From contig NC_043009.1 of the NCBI RefSeq assembly GCF_006345805.1, positions 54,188,001-54,252,000 on the forward strand: 64,000 bases of DNA, in the 5' to 3' direction. The position numbers and the translations under genes are program-made. The notes below the pieces were generated by a model. That model saw only the letters and a list, made by a program, of their open reading frames with translations, was not told the DNA's origin and did not search any database. Shown here in pieces: positions 41,482 through 55,790 of the stretch. This DNA is from Octopus sinensis. Taxonomy: Eukaryota. Within the stretch, counting starts at the first letter, position 1. Each line of letters starts with the position of its first letter.

Positions 41482-41700
41482 GATATATATATATATTTGT
41501 GTGTGCATCTGTGTTTGTCTTTTTCTTCACCAGCGCTTGAGAACTTATGCTTTCTTTAAGTCTCCGCAATATAGCGGTTCGGCGAAAGAGAGCGAAATAA
41601 TAAGAACCAGATTTTAAAATAAATACTGGGAATTATTTCTTCGAAGAATACTCCAGAGTGGTCGCAATACACTAAGAGAAACAAGTAAAATGTAAAAGCA
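41270..41700 (+). mobile_element. Old family-A-like SINE with internal microsatellite
   Basis: ggggttcagttccactgc...cttgggcaa...ggtagatggaaactg, TA tract, then gtgtttgtc...gcggttcggcgaaagag...ctccagagtggtcgca. Confidence 0.65.
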
Positions 41701-42018
41701 TTGCAACTGTAAAGCACCTGAATTATCATCATATAGGAAATATGTTTAATTGATTGTTTTGAGGCTTCTAGCACGTCACAATCTTTAGATCGTCCAACAA
41801 AATGTTTCGTGATGCTTATGCAGGTTCTTCATACTTTGAATTGAGACCTAGCAGCATTTAACTTTGCTTACATCTCTTCGAGATCGATAAAATAGAGAAT
41901 TACAGAAGTACTGGGTCGTTGTAATTAACTAAACCCAATTTCCTGAAAACTGATAGACATCAACACAGAAAAAATTATTTAGTGGGCGTTTTTAGTTTAT
42001 TAGGCATGGAGTATTTTT

Positions 42019-42361
42019 GGTGCAACTATAGCGTGCGATATACCGTAGTATCCGTTGCCTACGCTATGAAATGACCTGATCTGAGTAAAGAATATTGTTA
42101 AGGTTTCGGGTTAAGATTAGTTTCTAGGGTTAGGGTTGAGGTTTAGTGTTACGATTATGGTTCTAGTTAGGGCTAAAGTTTAGGATTGGGGTTAGGGATA
42201 GGGTTATGGTTTGATTTAAGAGGAGCAGGAGTTGTGGTTCGAGGTTTGGGTTTAAGCTTAAGGTTAGAGTTGAAGAATAGAGTTAGATTTAGCATTAGCT
42301 TTAGAGTAGACCACATGCTAAAATATAAATGGCCTGGTAAACGTGACGCTAAAGTGGCACC
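42019..42361. mobile_element. MITE-like element with short TIRs enclosing a degenerate (TTAGGG)n tract
   Basis: ggtgcaactatagcgt (42019-42034) versus acgctaaagtggcacc (42346-42361), 14/16 complementary. The interior ~42103-42310 is degenerate telomere-like repeat (tagggttagggttgagg, ggggttagggatagggtt). Confidence 0.6.
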
Positions 42362-42804
42362 GTACTTTAAATCACATAATTTTTTCTTATTTATATATCA
42401 TTCAAATATCAATTATTTTGCATTAACCGAGAGTTTTTATACTTGCTTGCACAGAATAATGTTGAGCAAATTAAGCTGACGTTTCTCTTGAACCTCGTAG
42501 CATTTCAGGTTTTCAATAGGTATTAATAAGTTCAAACTTACCAATAACTTCACACCTGATTTAAGATGCAATTTTATATGAAGTATAATTAAAAATAACA
42601 ATTAAAATACGTATTGCTATCTCACTCAATTCAAATCTCGAGTTGCCAAGAGTATTTCAATATCGAAATAATAAGCCTCAGGATTAATTTAAAGTTAGCG
42701 TACCTTACATGACCGTAGTTTTGTAAATGACCTACTTTCTGTTCAATAATTAAAAACGAAAGTATTTGGTATTTGTAAAATGCTTGTTTTCCAGCTATAA
42801 ATTA

Positions 42805-43370
42805 TTGGGTTGTCCGGAAAGTTCGTGCCGATTTATAGTAGCTTACCTTTCGACTTATTTTAGAACATGGTTGAGTCCATAAAAGAGGATTTGACTACAT
42901 CCCCATTTAGAGCACAGTTTAAGCTATCTTTTCGTGAAAGAAGATTTATGTTCCTATAACCTGTGGTAATTCTGTAACCCTTTAAAATGGAAGATAAGAA
43001 AGTTCATTTTCGGTACTTGATGCTTTGGGAACCAGACAAAAATTACTACAGCTCGCCTGGGATGTGTTACCCCATTCTCCATATTCACCAGATACTGCTC
43101 CTTCGCATTTCCACTTATTCAGGTCTCTGCAGAATAGTCTTAATGGTAAAAGTTAAACTTCTTTGGATGACGTAAAAAGATACCTTGATGAATTCTTTGC
43201 CATGAAACCACCTCAATTCTGGGAAGAGGGTATTTTCAAGTTAAAGGAAAGATGGAGACGCATTGTGCAACAAAATTGTTCATATTTGGTTGATTAAAAA
43301 TGTAAGCGCAAGTATTTATTGACCTTTTTCTTTCCTTTAAAAATCGGCACGAACTTTCCGTACACCCCAA
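42805..43370 (+). mobile_element. Non-autonomous mariner deletion derivative (566 bp)
   Basis: 30-bp TIRs ttgggttgtccggaaagttcgtgccgattt and aaatcggcacgaactttccgtacaccccaa, TA on both flanks. MEDKKVHFRYLMLW is joined to TRQKLLQLAWDVLPHSPYSPDTAPSHFHLFRSL...KERWRRIVQQNCSYLVD*. Confidence 0.92.
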
Positions 43371-44301
43371 TACAATGCTGTAATCTTAGTTGTAGAAGGA
43401 AATAGAAGTGCTCGTTGTTGTTATATAAACCGATAGCAATTCTGACTGACTGAGCGAAACAATAATTGAAATGCGTTCCAGCCGTGGCCACAATCGTCGA
43501 TGTTTTGCATAATGCAATGTATCTCGAACAGCATAAAACAATCTATTCTTTTCATGTTGGTAGACAGTGGAGTAAGCGAAATTCGGTTTCTGTTGTATGA
43601 GCTCGAATAAAGACAACGAGACCCGCCCGTTTGACTTTTAAACTTATGAGCATTCAATAGGAAATTTACACAGACATTTATTTACAGTGTGCATATACCT
43701 GTGTACATGCGTGTGTGTGTGTGTATGTGTGTGTGTGTTGCGTGTGAGCGGGGTGGGGCAGTATATTCATATAGTTAGATCTGCGAACACATTTATATTT
43801 CGCTTCCAATATTCTATCGGTAAACAATAAATAAAGCATAATAATAGTTGTCGATTAAACATTTCGCAACCTTAGCTATTATTCACACCAACACATACAA
43901 AATGTGAACTGGGTCGATAGCTCGATATCCAATATTATTAATTATGATTGATTGATCCTGAACTCAAACCTGTGCAAGCATTCAACCGCGTGCACACACG
44001 CGCACCACACACACACACACAGACACACACACACTCATATACACACATACACACACATACGTACATATATATGTCTCTCTGTCTCGGTTTCTATGTGTGA
44101 GTGCTTATGTGCGTTGTGTTTGTGTGTGTACGTATATAGATACGCATAGATACATATCAAATATGTGTGTGTGTACATAAAAGTCCATATTTATTTACTA
44201 AAATAGAATATGCATATGAGATATATGCTTATAAGATATATACCGCATATAAATTATACACACACACATATATATATATATATATATGTGTATATGTATA
44301 T

Positions 44302-44334
<33 letters not shown>

Positions 44335-44520
44335 GTATGTATATGTATAGAGAGATAGATAGATAGATAGATAGGATATATATATATATATATATACACG
44401 ATACATATATATATATATATATATACGATACACAAAATTAAACATATACACAAGGCGAAACAAATGAAGATACGGATGGCAAGTATATACATATATACAT
44501 ATATATGCATATAAACATTC

Positions 44521-44555
<35 letters not shown>

Positions 44556-45430
44556 AACAGAGGCACATACCCTCCCCAACATATACATACGTGTATATAT
44601 GTGTGTTTGTGTTTGGGGGGGGCTGTATGCTGCCCCTTCAATATACTGTCGCAACTGTAGATAAAGTTAACAAAGTATGGCTATTTGAATTGTGAAAAAT
44701 TCTTCGAGTTTTGTTCAATAACGAAACTATTATTGGAACGAAGAGTCAAGAAGTCTGATCAATAAAGACAGTTATTGTTTACCGCGAAAAATCTTGGCAT
44801 GTTATCACACAACCATCGATTTTTGAAGACGAGAAAATACGCCAATTACTGCACAGGATGAGCTGTTGTCCTTTGGAGTAATAATCATATAATTTTGGTG
44901 TTTATGTTGTCATTTTCTTTAAGACTAAACGGTTCTCTGTATATGTATATTTTGCTCGAACCTGTAATTTCTGAATTATTACAAAATAATAATATATATA
45001 GACTTTTCTTTCTTTTATCGTCTTGTCTGGGTGCAAGGACACTTGCAGGAAGAGAGAAGACAACAGAAAAGAGGGAGAGAGAAAGAGTGAGAGAGGCTAC
45101 CGATGATTATATTACTTGAAGTCCATTACTGAATTACTTTTGTTATTATTATTATGTCTAGTATTTTGTCCTTAGGCACACCTCATCAAGCAGACCAGTG
45201 ATGAAACATAATCCTGTCGTGAGCCTATCATTATTTTTTGTTGTTTATTTTTTTCCTGGTAGTGTTTACTTCAGGCCGTATAATTCAATAGGCCTTACGT
45301 TTTTGTTTTTATTTTGAAACAGAGAGGTTTGAGAATAGTGAGAATAAGCTGTAATCTTTTTTCTTATCATGTGTAAGCTGTAATCTTTCTTATGACATGT
45401 AAGCTGTAATCTTTTTTCTTTCCATGTGAA

Positions 45431-45770
45431 GGCGCATGGTTCAGTGGTTAGAGCGTCGAGCTTACGATCGTGAGGTTGTGAGCTCGAATCCCGGACTGGG
45501 CTGCGTGTTGTGTTCTCGAGCAAGGCACTTTATTTCACGTTGTTCCAGTTCACTCAGCTGTAGAAATGAGTTGCGACGTCCCTGGTACCAAGCTGTATCG
45601 ACCTTTGTCTTTCCCTTTGGATAACACTGGTGGCGTGGAGAGGGAAGGCTGGTATGCATGGGCGACTGCTGGCCTTCCATAAACAACTTTGCCCGGACAT
45701 GTGTCTAGGAGGGTAACTTTCTAGGTGCAATCCCATGGTCATTCATGACCGAAGGGGATCTTTACCCTTT
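45431..45770 (+). mobile_element. Family-C SINE, full length
   Basis: ggcgcatggttcagtggttagagcgtcgagcttacgatcg...ggtcattcatgacc...tttacccttt; preceded by three ~29-bp tandem repeats (45345-45425). Confidence 0.9.
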
Positions 45771-46161
45771 TTCTTATCGAGCGTCAATACAAAGGAATCG
45801 TCCTCTACTTGGCATAATCGGTACGAAGTCAGTTTGGTCTTTTGTCTTATGTTCACGTTTCAGTTTCATTGGGCCTCGTCAAAAAAGAAAAAAGTATGGT
45901 GTATGAATTCTTCCACGTATTTTATTGTTTAGCAAAGTATAACTGTATTTGTAAATAATCTTAGAGTAGAGATATAGTGTCAGCAACAACAGCAAAAAGC
46001 AATTTAAATTCTGCAAGATACAAGAAGGAGAACGGAAATCTCTAAAGCCATTTTTATTACTTCGAGTTGGAAGAGATAAAGAAAGCTTGAACAGCTGACG
46101 AGAGAACGTAAAACTTGAGTTGTAAGGAAACATCAGACAGCTGATTCCTGGAGTGTGGAAT

Positions 46162-46499
46162 GTAGACGAAGTCAGTGAGTTTATATATGCATGTGTGTAT
46201 ATAGCGTTTGTATGTGTATATTGCGTATGTACATATGCATTATATTAATAAATATATGTATATATACGTTTACATATATATACTTATATTACGTGGGTGT
46301 AAGTATGTATGTATATATAAGTATTTATATATATGTATATATATATATATATATGTATATATAAATGTAAATATGTGTGTATATATGGATGTAGAGGAAG
46401 TCAGTGAGTTTATATACGCATGTGTGTATATAGCGTTGGTGTGTGTATATTGCGTATGTACATATGCATTATATTAATAAATATATGTATATATACGTT

Positions 46500-46558
<59 letters not shown>

Positions 46559-46560
46559 CT
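46162..46560. repeat. Tandem duplication, period 229 bp
   Basis: gtaga.gaagtcagtgagtttatata.gcatgtgtgtatatagcgtt occurs at 46162 and 46391. Confidence 0.85.
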
Positions 46561-49115
46561 GTAAATAAATATGTGTGTATGTATGGATACATAGATAGAT
46601 GTAGCATTTTTGAAGAAAGATTTGACATACCTTTCAATTCTTAGAACTTTGGCGTTTTTATTTATGGCGGTTATTTATTGTTTATTTCATTTGATGCTAG
46701 AGAAGACAATTTCATTGGTGTATAACAATTTCCTTTTATCTATTACAAAATTTTCATAAGGTTTATATTTTTTTTAAAAATTGTGGATGCAAAATGTTTC
46801 ATAAATATGAATTAGGTAGGTATTACATTCACCTAATTCAGTTTGCCTGTACGAGCCTATAAATTTAGAACAGTAGATTCTGTTTCAAGAAGATGGTATA
46901 ATCGCGACCACATGAAATATCTAACTGTGACAAATGGGTAAAATCACTCCACCATGTATCTAGTTGTTACTACAATGGGTGCAGTGTCTTTTGTTAAGAA
47001 GATACCTTTGCAATCATGTGAACTTCGGTCAAATGTCTTTCACCATATTGCTCTAGACCGACCAATGCTTCATGATGTTGTCAAAAATAAACCATTCTTG
47101 TTTTGTTGACATCCCGTGTTTCAAAGGAATTTTATAGGATGAATAATGACTTAAAATCCAAGTACTGGTATCAATTCGTTCACGGTAGTGTCCCAAAATG
47201 GCATCAGTCCAATGATTGAAACAAGTGAAAGAAAACGATACAACATATCTAAAAACTATATGAAAGTAAACAAATCATAATAAAACTAACTTGAAGATCA
47301 AAAAAATAGTGCGCGATTTTATTGACAAAATGACCGCCCCCAAATATAATATCTGTTTAAAAACACAGTTTTACATGAAGAATCTTGCAAAAAAAATTCA
47401 TAAACGATACAACATATGCCCCCCTTTAAATGCAGCACTCAGTTTATTTCCGTATTATCGTTGCTTTCTCACTCAAACTGATAAAATATTAATTGACTGA
47501 CATTCGGAAGAATATCAGCTGTTCTACAATAAACCTAATTTCAGCATTTTTCAAATTTTTTTTTCCTTCATTTCATGCCTGCGGATAAAACGAAAAGCTT
47601 TCCATTTAAGCCGTTCTTAAAGAAGCCTAGCCGCACCATATTTTTTCTAATTTGAACTTGTGATGTTGAAAGTTAAATCTATAATACTTCAAGGTGAAAT
47701 CTTTTGTTTCATGATGAAATGCCTTTCCCTGAGTAGTACTTCTGGCATCTTTAGCTACAAGTAAAGTCTAAACTGTTTCTATCTCTTGTACTGGGCTAAA
47801 GAAGACGATCACGCATAGTTTTTTGTTGAGTTTCCTTTGGAATTATGCATAAACTTTGAGTTCTAATGTATGACTATAGATTTTAGAACATCAAAACTAG
47901 CTTTAATAACTCTAGCTATTCTTTACCATATTTTATCTTCTACTCTTTTAGCAGATCTTTGTGAAATACTCAAAATTTTGAGGTATATCACAAAACTACT
48001 TCAAAAAGGAGATATATATGTTCTTTCTCTAAATAAACTATCTCTGAAGTTACACATCAATTATGATCGCATTATATTCTTTTTTAATACGGTAGGATCA
48101 CGTTTTTGAAACTCTTTTCAACATCGTTCATTCTTCCTTCCATTTTCTGCAATTCATGAACGCAATTTACCTCCACGCCTACCCCAAACATTCTGCTTCC
48201 ATCTACTTTCGTCCTGTGAAATTTCAAGCTAACAAAAGTGCTGAAAATATTTTCCCTGTGTCTCCATTCATTTGCTCAGCGGTGTATGCAACCATGTCAA
48301 ATAACTTAGCAAGTTTTACTTCCAAAAGTTGTGAGTTGCCCATTGTCAGTAATTTAGACAGGTTGGTACATTAATTCGGCCCTAGGATTTCTATTTCACA
48401 TCTTATGATGGTATTATAGTTGCTATTCAATGTTCTTTAGATTCATTGAACACAATGGCCTTCATGTAACGTTGATTTTATTGTTTAATCTTATATGGAG
48501 TTAATAGAAGAAGTGCATCGAAATTAAATACAAATAGTCTAGACTCAAACTCCCTTCAACGAAGCATTTTATATACAAAAAGAAGTTATAGCTGCGAGTT
48601 TGAAAAAATTCTTATTTCATATTGTACAGCAACATAATGTCATATTCACTGGAATAAAGTACTCATATATTTTTCTAGTTTTGTACAAGAAGGAAAATCG
48701 AACGTGACATTTAAATATATCTTTTGTTGTTTTGGAAATTTGTAATGAGTAATTTCTTTACCAAACTATATAAGCTGCACCTGCATGTTCCATATATGTG
48801 AAATTGTCTTCTTTCAGAATTTAACAACGTTAAATTCCGGGACGAGACAATTTTATGTAATCGGAAAAAAGCTTGCGCAGCTTTTTTAAGGCGTCTAACA
48901 TCGTATTTATTTATGTTGTCTGTCGCGGTATATTATAGTTCTATAGTTTGGTAACAATGTAACACTCTCCCAGCTTCTAATTACTAAAAAGAACGAACTA
49001 ACAAGACGTGGTCATATCTGCGACCACAGGCGTCTGTTTCATGGCGGGAAACACAGGTTGAAAAACGTGGCCAAGTGGCGAGGAGAAAATACATTAGCTA
49101 TGCATGTATGTGTCT

Positions 49116-49177
<62 letters not shown>

Positions 49178-49337
49178 GTGGGTGAATGGCCTATTATGGC
49201 CGTTGCTTGATTGTGATGTTGAACTTAAAAATGGTCTATGACTATTTAATTTTTTCCCACTAGGCCGCTGGTGGCAAAAAAATTCTACAAAATTTTTTGC
49301 CACCCTATTGATTAATTATATATATATATATATTATA

Positions 49338-49384
<47 letters not shown>

Positions 49385-49419
49385 GCGTGGAGGATTATTC
49401 GAATATATATATATATGCA

Positions 49420-49590
49420 GCAACGACGTTTTAAAAGGTTTTAGTCGAAGAAATTGACCCCAGAACTTATTCTTTGTAGACCTAGTTCTTATTCTATCGG
49501 TGTCTTTCTCCGAATCACTAAGTCACGAGGTCGTAAACGCACGGTCATCGGTTGTCAAGCGATGGTGGGAGAACAAACAGACACAAGGAC
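49420..49590 (-). mobile_element. Family-A SINE 3' part, diverged
   Basis: tttagtcgaagaaattgaccccagaacttattctttgt...catcggttgtcaagcgatggtgggagaacaaacagaca. Confidence 0.75.
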
Positions 49591-49633
49591 TCACACACAC
49601 ACACACACATACACACATAAATATTTACATATA

Positions 49634-49829
49634 AAACAGCCATGGAACTCGAATCCACATTCAAGATAAGGCTGAGTGACTTACCATTAAGCTAAACTGC
49701 TCACTGACAAATTCATCCGCAAGTTTAGACGCAGAATAGCTAAATGAACAACTACGTGTATATAAATGTAAAGAAACGTGTGTATAAATATAACCTAAGG
49801 GGATGTGGGTTCGAGTCCCATGGCTGTTT
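49634..49829. other. Back-to-back pair of tRNA-derived segments forming terminal inverted repeats
   Basis: aaacagccatggaactcgaatccacattc versus ggatgtgggttcgagtcccatggctgttt. Each end carries a B-box/T-arm, and A-box-like tagcttaatgg (minus) and tagctaaatga (plus) lie inside. Confidence 0.55.
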
Positions 49830-50199
49830 GTTGACAAACGTTTTATGCTGCATAAGGCTAATTTATCAGTACTTCTGCTGTTCTAACTGGAATTGTGCCT
49901 TCGAAAATTATTATCTTATTTGTATCGTACAATATACATTTCAACGCTTATTGGAAATAAAGGTTAGTTTGACAAAAAATCTTCTGCAATGTAAGGCTAA
50001 TTTACCAATTATTTCTACTGTCCTAACGGCAATTCTGCCTCCGAAAAAGAAATTTATGTAAATGTATGATAGTGATTGTCTCTTTGTCTAACCGTGTGTG
50101 TGTGTGTGTGTGTGTGTTTGAGGTTGTGGATTTCACTGTGCATATCGAACATATATATCCATGGTTTTGGAGGCAGGTTTCTTACCACACAGTCAGGCC

Positions 50200-50257
<58 letters not shown>

Positions 50258-50721
50258 AGTCTGTCTGTGTCTGTGTGCGTATGTGTGTATCTTTGTGTGT
50301 ATATATTTGAGAAGATTATGTGAACAAATTTATGGTATAAACATTACTTGTAATATTAATGAATGCACCAATGTTTATAACTAAGGAATTAAACCTTATG
50401 TGTATACTTAACGTCTTTAGAAATTCTGTTGGTTTGAATCATTTTGGTTCCGAACAAATAATTTATGTATATCACTAGTAATTCTTTAAGACATTTATTG
50501 AATTCTTCTTTGATATTCTGTTCTTATGTCCTGTTTTCGCATCCAAGAGAACAACATATGGATATTCTTCACTGTCCTTACAGACATTCTTTTTAAAACA
50601 TGTCTAATGATTTTCTTTTTAACAAATATCTTATACGTATTCTTTTAAACAGCTGTCGTAATGATGTATAAATATATATATATATATCTCACATGTATAA
50701 CATATACACATGTACATATAT

Positions 50722-50794
<73 letters not shown>

Positions 50795-51220
50795 ACAGAG
50801 AGAGAAACAGATTGATTGTTAGATGAATATACATATATATATATGCATATATACATCTATATATGTATATATGTACATACGCATATGCTTCATATATATG
50901 TATATATATATTTATGTATGTATATATGAATGTATGTATATATGTGTGTATGCATGTATGTGTGTATGTATATATATATGTGTTTATCGAAACATTAGTT
51001 ATGAAGCATATCGAAATATATACTAAATACTGAAAACTTTCTCTGGCATAGAAATCAATATTCTGAGTACAGTAGAATGATTTGTCTGGCATATCAAAGT
51101 TTTTTCCATGACTCAGATACTCACGACAATTCTGACCTCACCATCTTGTAGCCTGTATTAAGATATAATAAGCATTATATATATACACACACACACACAT
51201 ACACACACATATATATATAC

Positions 51221-51292
<72 letters not shown>

Positions 51293-51375
51293 ATATATAT
51301 ATACATATATATATACATATATATATACATATATATATATACATATATATATACATATACATATATATATATATA

Positions 51376-51417
<42 letters not shown>

Positions 51418-52535
51418 GATACATATATATATATAAATATTTACACATATATAACATTATATACCTATACCTACAAATATATACACAGGTATAAATAGAT
51501 AGATAAATAGATAGATAATTTAGGAGCGTTGTAGTTCGCTTGAAGCATTGTAAAATCGAAGGTAAAGAGAGAAAATAGAAAGCTTCTGACAATGTGGAAA
51601 GTTTTATAAAACCCTTATATTTCAGGTGCAAAGCACTTTTTCAGAAGAAAAACAATTTAGAAAATCTCCACGTATGAAAAGTGGGAGAGGCAGAAATTGA
51701 TAGATGCACAAATAGATATATAAGCATATGTATATATGCATATCTATATCTGTATGTCAATCTATTTATATGTGTGTGTATGTCTATGGCTTCAGTGAAC
51801 TTGTAAGATGCTGCACAACCTCTCAGTTTTTACTGCATTGAGCCCTGTAACAGAAACATCTGTAAGTTTATGAACTTGATTATGTAAATGTTCTTCCCTT
51901 GTCATTAAATAATTAATATCAGACTCTGTCTTAGCTTAAATCTTAATTCGAAACGATATGCATTTATTAAGTTACAACGACTGGTTATGAGTACTGTTAT
52001 GCCAAAGCGACGGCATAAGAGAATTTACTTAAATATATATATATATATATGTATCAATGTTTTATGGGCAAAAGATATCTATGGTTGCATTCGTTTCTTT
52101 AATTATTCTCAGAATTTGTTTAAAAAATCCTCCCTTGACAACAGAAGGACAGATCATATGATATTAGAAAACTGGAATTCCTGAGAAAACATAGTCTTCA
52201 AATGTTATCAACAGAAGCATGCTGAATCATGGCTGACCGTTGGTTAAACGCCAGCAACAATGACAAAGGTTGTATTCTTAGATTTCCAGGTAAAACTTTT
52301 TATTTATTAATCTTTTTTTAACTCGAAATGTTTTGCAGATTCAGTATTTCACATTCATCGATAAAAAAATGTTCTCGTTTATAGAAATGGTCTTTATGTT
52401 TTCTTTTTGTTTTGTTCTAATCTGCTTTTTTTTTCCAGTTCTTTACTGTGATACATTTCCTTATAGCGTAAACATGCATTTGGTAGCATAAGTAAAGATT
52501 TCAATAAACGAACATTTGTATATTTGTGTGGCTGA

Positions 52536-52576
<41 letters not shown>

Positions 52577-52597
52577 TGTGTAGGAGAGTATACAGGT

Positions 52598-52716
<119 letters not shown>

Positions 52717-53358
52717 TATACACATACACATACACACATACACACATATATATATATGCATATACACATACATACTTACAAACAGACATTTGTATATATA
52801 TAAAGATACCTAAATATATAAGCTTATAAGCGTATGTACATATATATATGTATGTATATATATATATGTGAGTGTGCGTGTGTGTGTGAGTGTGTGTGTG
52901 AATAAATAGATATACATATATATATATATGTGCGTATGTGTATAAATATACAGGTGTATGCACATATGTATGTATGTATTATGTATGTATCTACATAATG
53001 CCTTTAATCTTATATATCACTTCGGCATTAGCTGCATGTAGATATCAACTTTTTAAACTGGCATATCATGTTTGATGTGACATTTCCATCAACTGGACGC
53101 ATGATCTCTGCAATTTCGTGCGTCTCTTCCTTTTCTCTTTTCTTTCTGTCCAACAAGAAACAGAAAATTATTTTCAGTTTTATTTCCGGAATTTATAGCG
53201 GTTGTATATTTTAAATGGAATGTTACAGCAGAAGATGTTATTTTTATTGCTGTTAGTTTTATTGTGAACAAATATTATGATGCATTAAACATGCTTGATG
53301 TTTGAACATATTAACCTACGTAAACCGAAACAAATACTTACTATTCACACACAAGACT

Positions 53359-53396
<38 letters not shown>

Positions 53397-53491
53397 GAAA
53401 CAAATGTAAATACAGGTATATAAATATAGATGTATATATACATACACTTATAAATTTATATATCTATATATCTTTAGATGCAAATGCCAGC

Positions 53492-53539
<48 letters not shown>

Positions 53540-53553
53540 TGATACATAAATAC

Positions 53554-53643
<90 letters not shown>

Positions 53644-53747
53644 TACAAGTACATTTGAATGTGCTTATATGCTTACGTGTAAATGTCTCAGAAATCTAGT
53701 TTTATATATATATACACATATATATATATACATACATATATATGTAT

Positions 53748-53826
<79 letters not shown>

Positions 53827-53885
53827 CATACATATATATATATATATATACATACATATATATATATACACACACACACACATAT

Positions 53886-53920
<35 letters not shown>

Positions 53921-54562
53921 CACTAATTGTACGTGTTCTTGTAGCATGTCTCTTGAACTAAATGCCATTTTCCGTACATTTTTCGAAACGAAGATCCATC
54001 TTCTGAGCTATTTTAGTTCTACTCTTCCATGCCTTTTTTTTTTTTCGTTTTGACCTTGTTTTTTTTTTTACTTTGCTTTTTCTTCCTTCTGCGACAGAAA
54101 TATCTTTCCAAGAATGCACAAGACGATAGATATGCATGCCTTCGCATTACATACACAAATAGATTTTAAGTAGGAACAAACACGTAGACACATATATGCA
54201 TACATACATATATACGTACACACATATATACACGTATAAAAATATATGTATAGATATATGCTCACATATATACATACATGTATATATACAAATATATATT
54301 CTCATATGTACGCGTGTCACTACATGTCTGTGAGTGGGTAGACCTCCATTTCTTAAATACTTAAAAAGTATGTAGACAGATGTGCCAAGAGTCAAACTGA
54401 CAGGCGCAGAATCAGAATGGTTGAACAATTTCATTGCTCTTGGATACATAGAAATCCGAGTGTGGCAGTCTGTGTGTGTCTGTGTGCTTGCGTGATTGCG
54501 TTTTGTGTCTATGAGTTTATGTATTGGTACACGTGTGTTAGTATGTGCATGTGTGTATTTAA

Positions 54563-54598
<36 letters not shown>

Positions 54599-55561
54599 GT
54601 ATGTATGTACGTATGTATCTACGTATGTATACGTATACATGAATACGTATGTAAATGTATGCGCAAAAGCATATCGATATATATATATATGTATGTATGT
54701 ATATGTATATATACACACATGCTTAATAGATATAACTTTGCTTGAGAGATAGATAGATAGATACATAGATACATAGATACATAGATAGATAGAGAAAGAC
54801 TGAGACAGGAATAGAGAGGCAGAGATCGACAATGGGAAGTATAATGATCTGAAGAGCAGGAGTCGTCACGCACACACATGTATAATATAGTATATAGATT
54901 TATATAAGTGTATTTGACTGAATACATGCAGCCACAAGCGCAGAGACATATATATGCATATGTCTATTTCCCATCATTTCAACGTATGTTATGGCGTCAA
55001 CATCATACTGTATATAAGCAGGTTATTCTCACCACTCACCACATCGTATACCTTGTTGTAGAGTTAAGTTATTGGAATATTATAGTTCTCAATATTGACA
55101 GGCACGTTTCATAGACAGTCTGCCGTTTCGGTATTAGCCTTAACCACTGCATGTCTTTTATGTATTACACTGAAGTTTCTATCGATCTAGACACTCGAAA
55201 TTGGCTGCCATTTTGTCGGGCAAGCGAAACACCGTAACTGATTAGCTCATAAATAATTTTGCAACGCAATTAAAGACCTAAGCGTAAATTTGGGAGTGGG
55301 CCAGCGAGATTTTTCACTACCCTCAATCAATTTTGTTCTATGATTGAAATTATTAGCCTGTGATATACGTATGTGCTGCATGCATATACACACACGCATA
55401 TATATGCACATAGATGTAGTCAGAGAGACAGAGAGAATTACAAAGATAAGATATATAAGATGAATAGAAAGACAGATAGAAAGATTCGCATACATACATC
55501 CACACATACGTACAGAGAGATACATACACACACAAACATATATATATATATATAAATATAT

Positions 55562-55790
55562 ATTCCTTTATTGCCCACAAGGGGCTAAACATAGAGGGTA
55601 CAAACAAAGACGGACAAAGGGATTAAGTCAATTACATCGACCCCAGTGCGTAACTGGTACTTTATTTATCGACCCCGAAAGGATGAAGGGCAAAGTCGAC
55701 CTCGGCGGAATTTGAACTCAGACCGTAACGGCAGACGAAATACGTCTACGCATTTCGCTCGGCGCGCTAACGTTTCTGCCAGCTCACCGC
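55562..55790 (-). mobile_element. Family-B SINE, monomer
   Basis: Full match to the family-B pattern; tail ggcaataaaggaat. Confidence 0.9.

Noticed and set aside
47870-48380. LADLCEILKILRYITKLLQKGD as a hAT transposase fragment, and a possible micro-exon nearby
   Set aside because: A single short motif with no other hAT hallmarks or termini; too weak to call.
49637-49830. Functional tRNA genes
   Set aside because: The anticodon arms are disrupted and the acceptor pairing is poor. All tRNA-like sequences in the window are SINE heads or relics.
51780-52030. Hammerhead-like fragments (cagaaacatctgta; ttatgagtact with a hairpin)
   Set aside because: The core boxes are incomplete in both cases.
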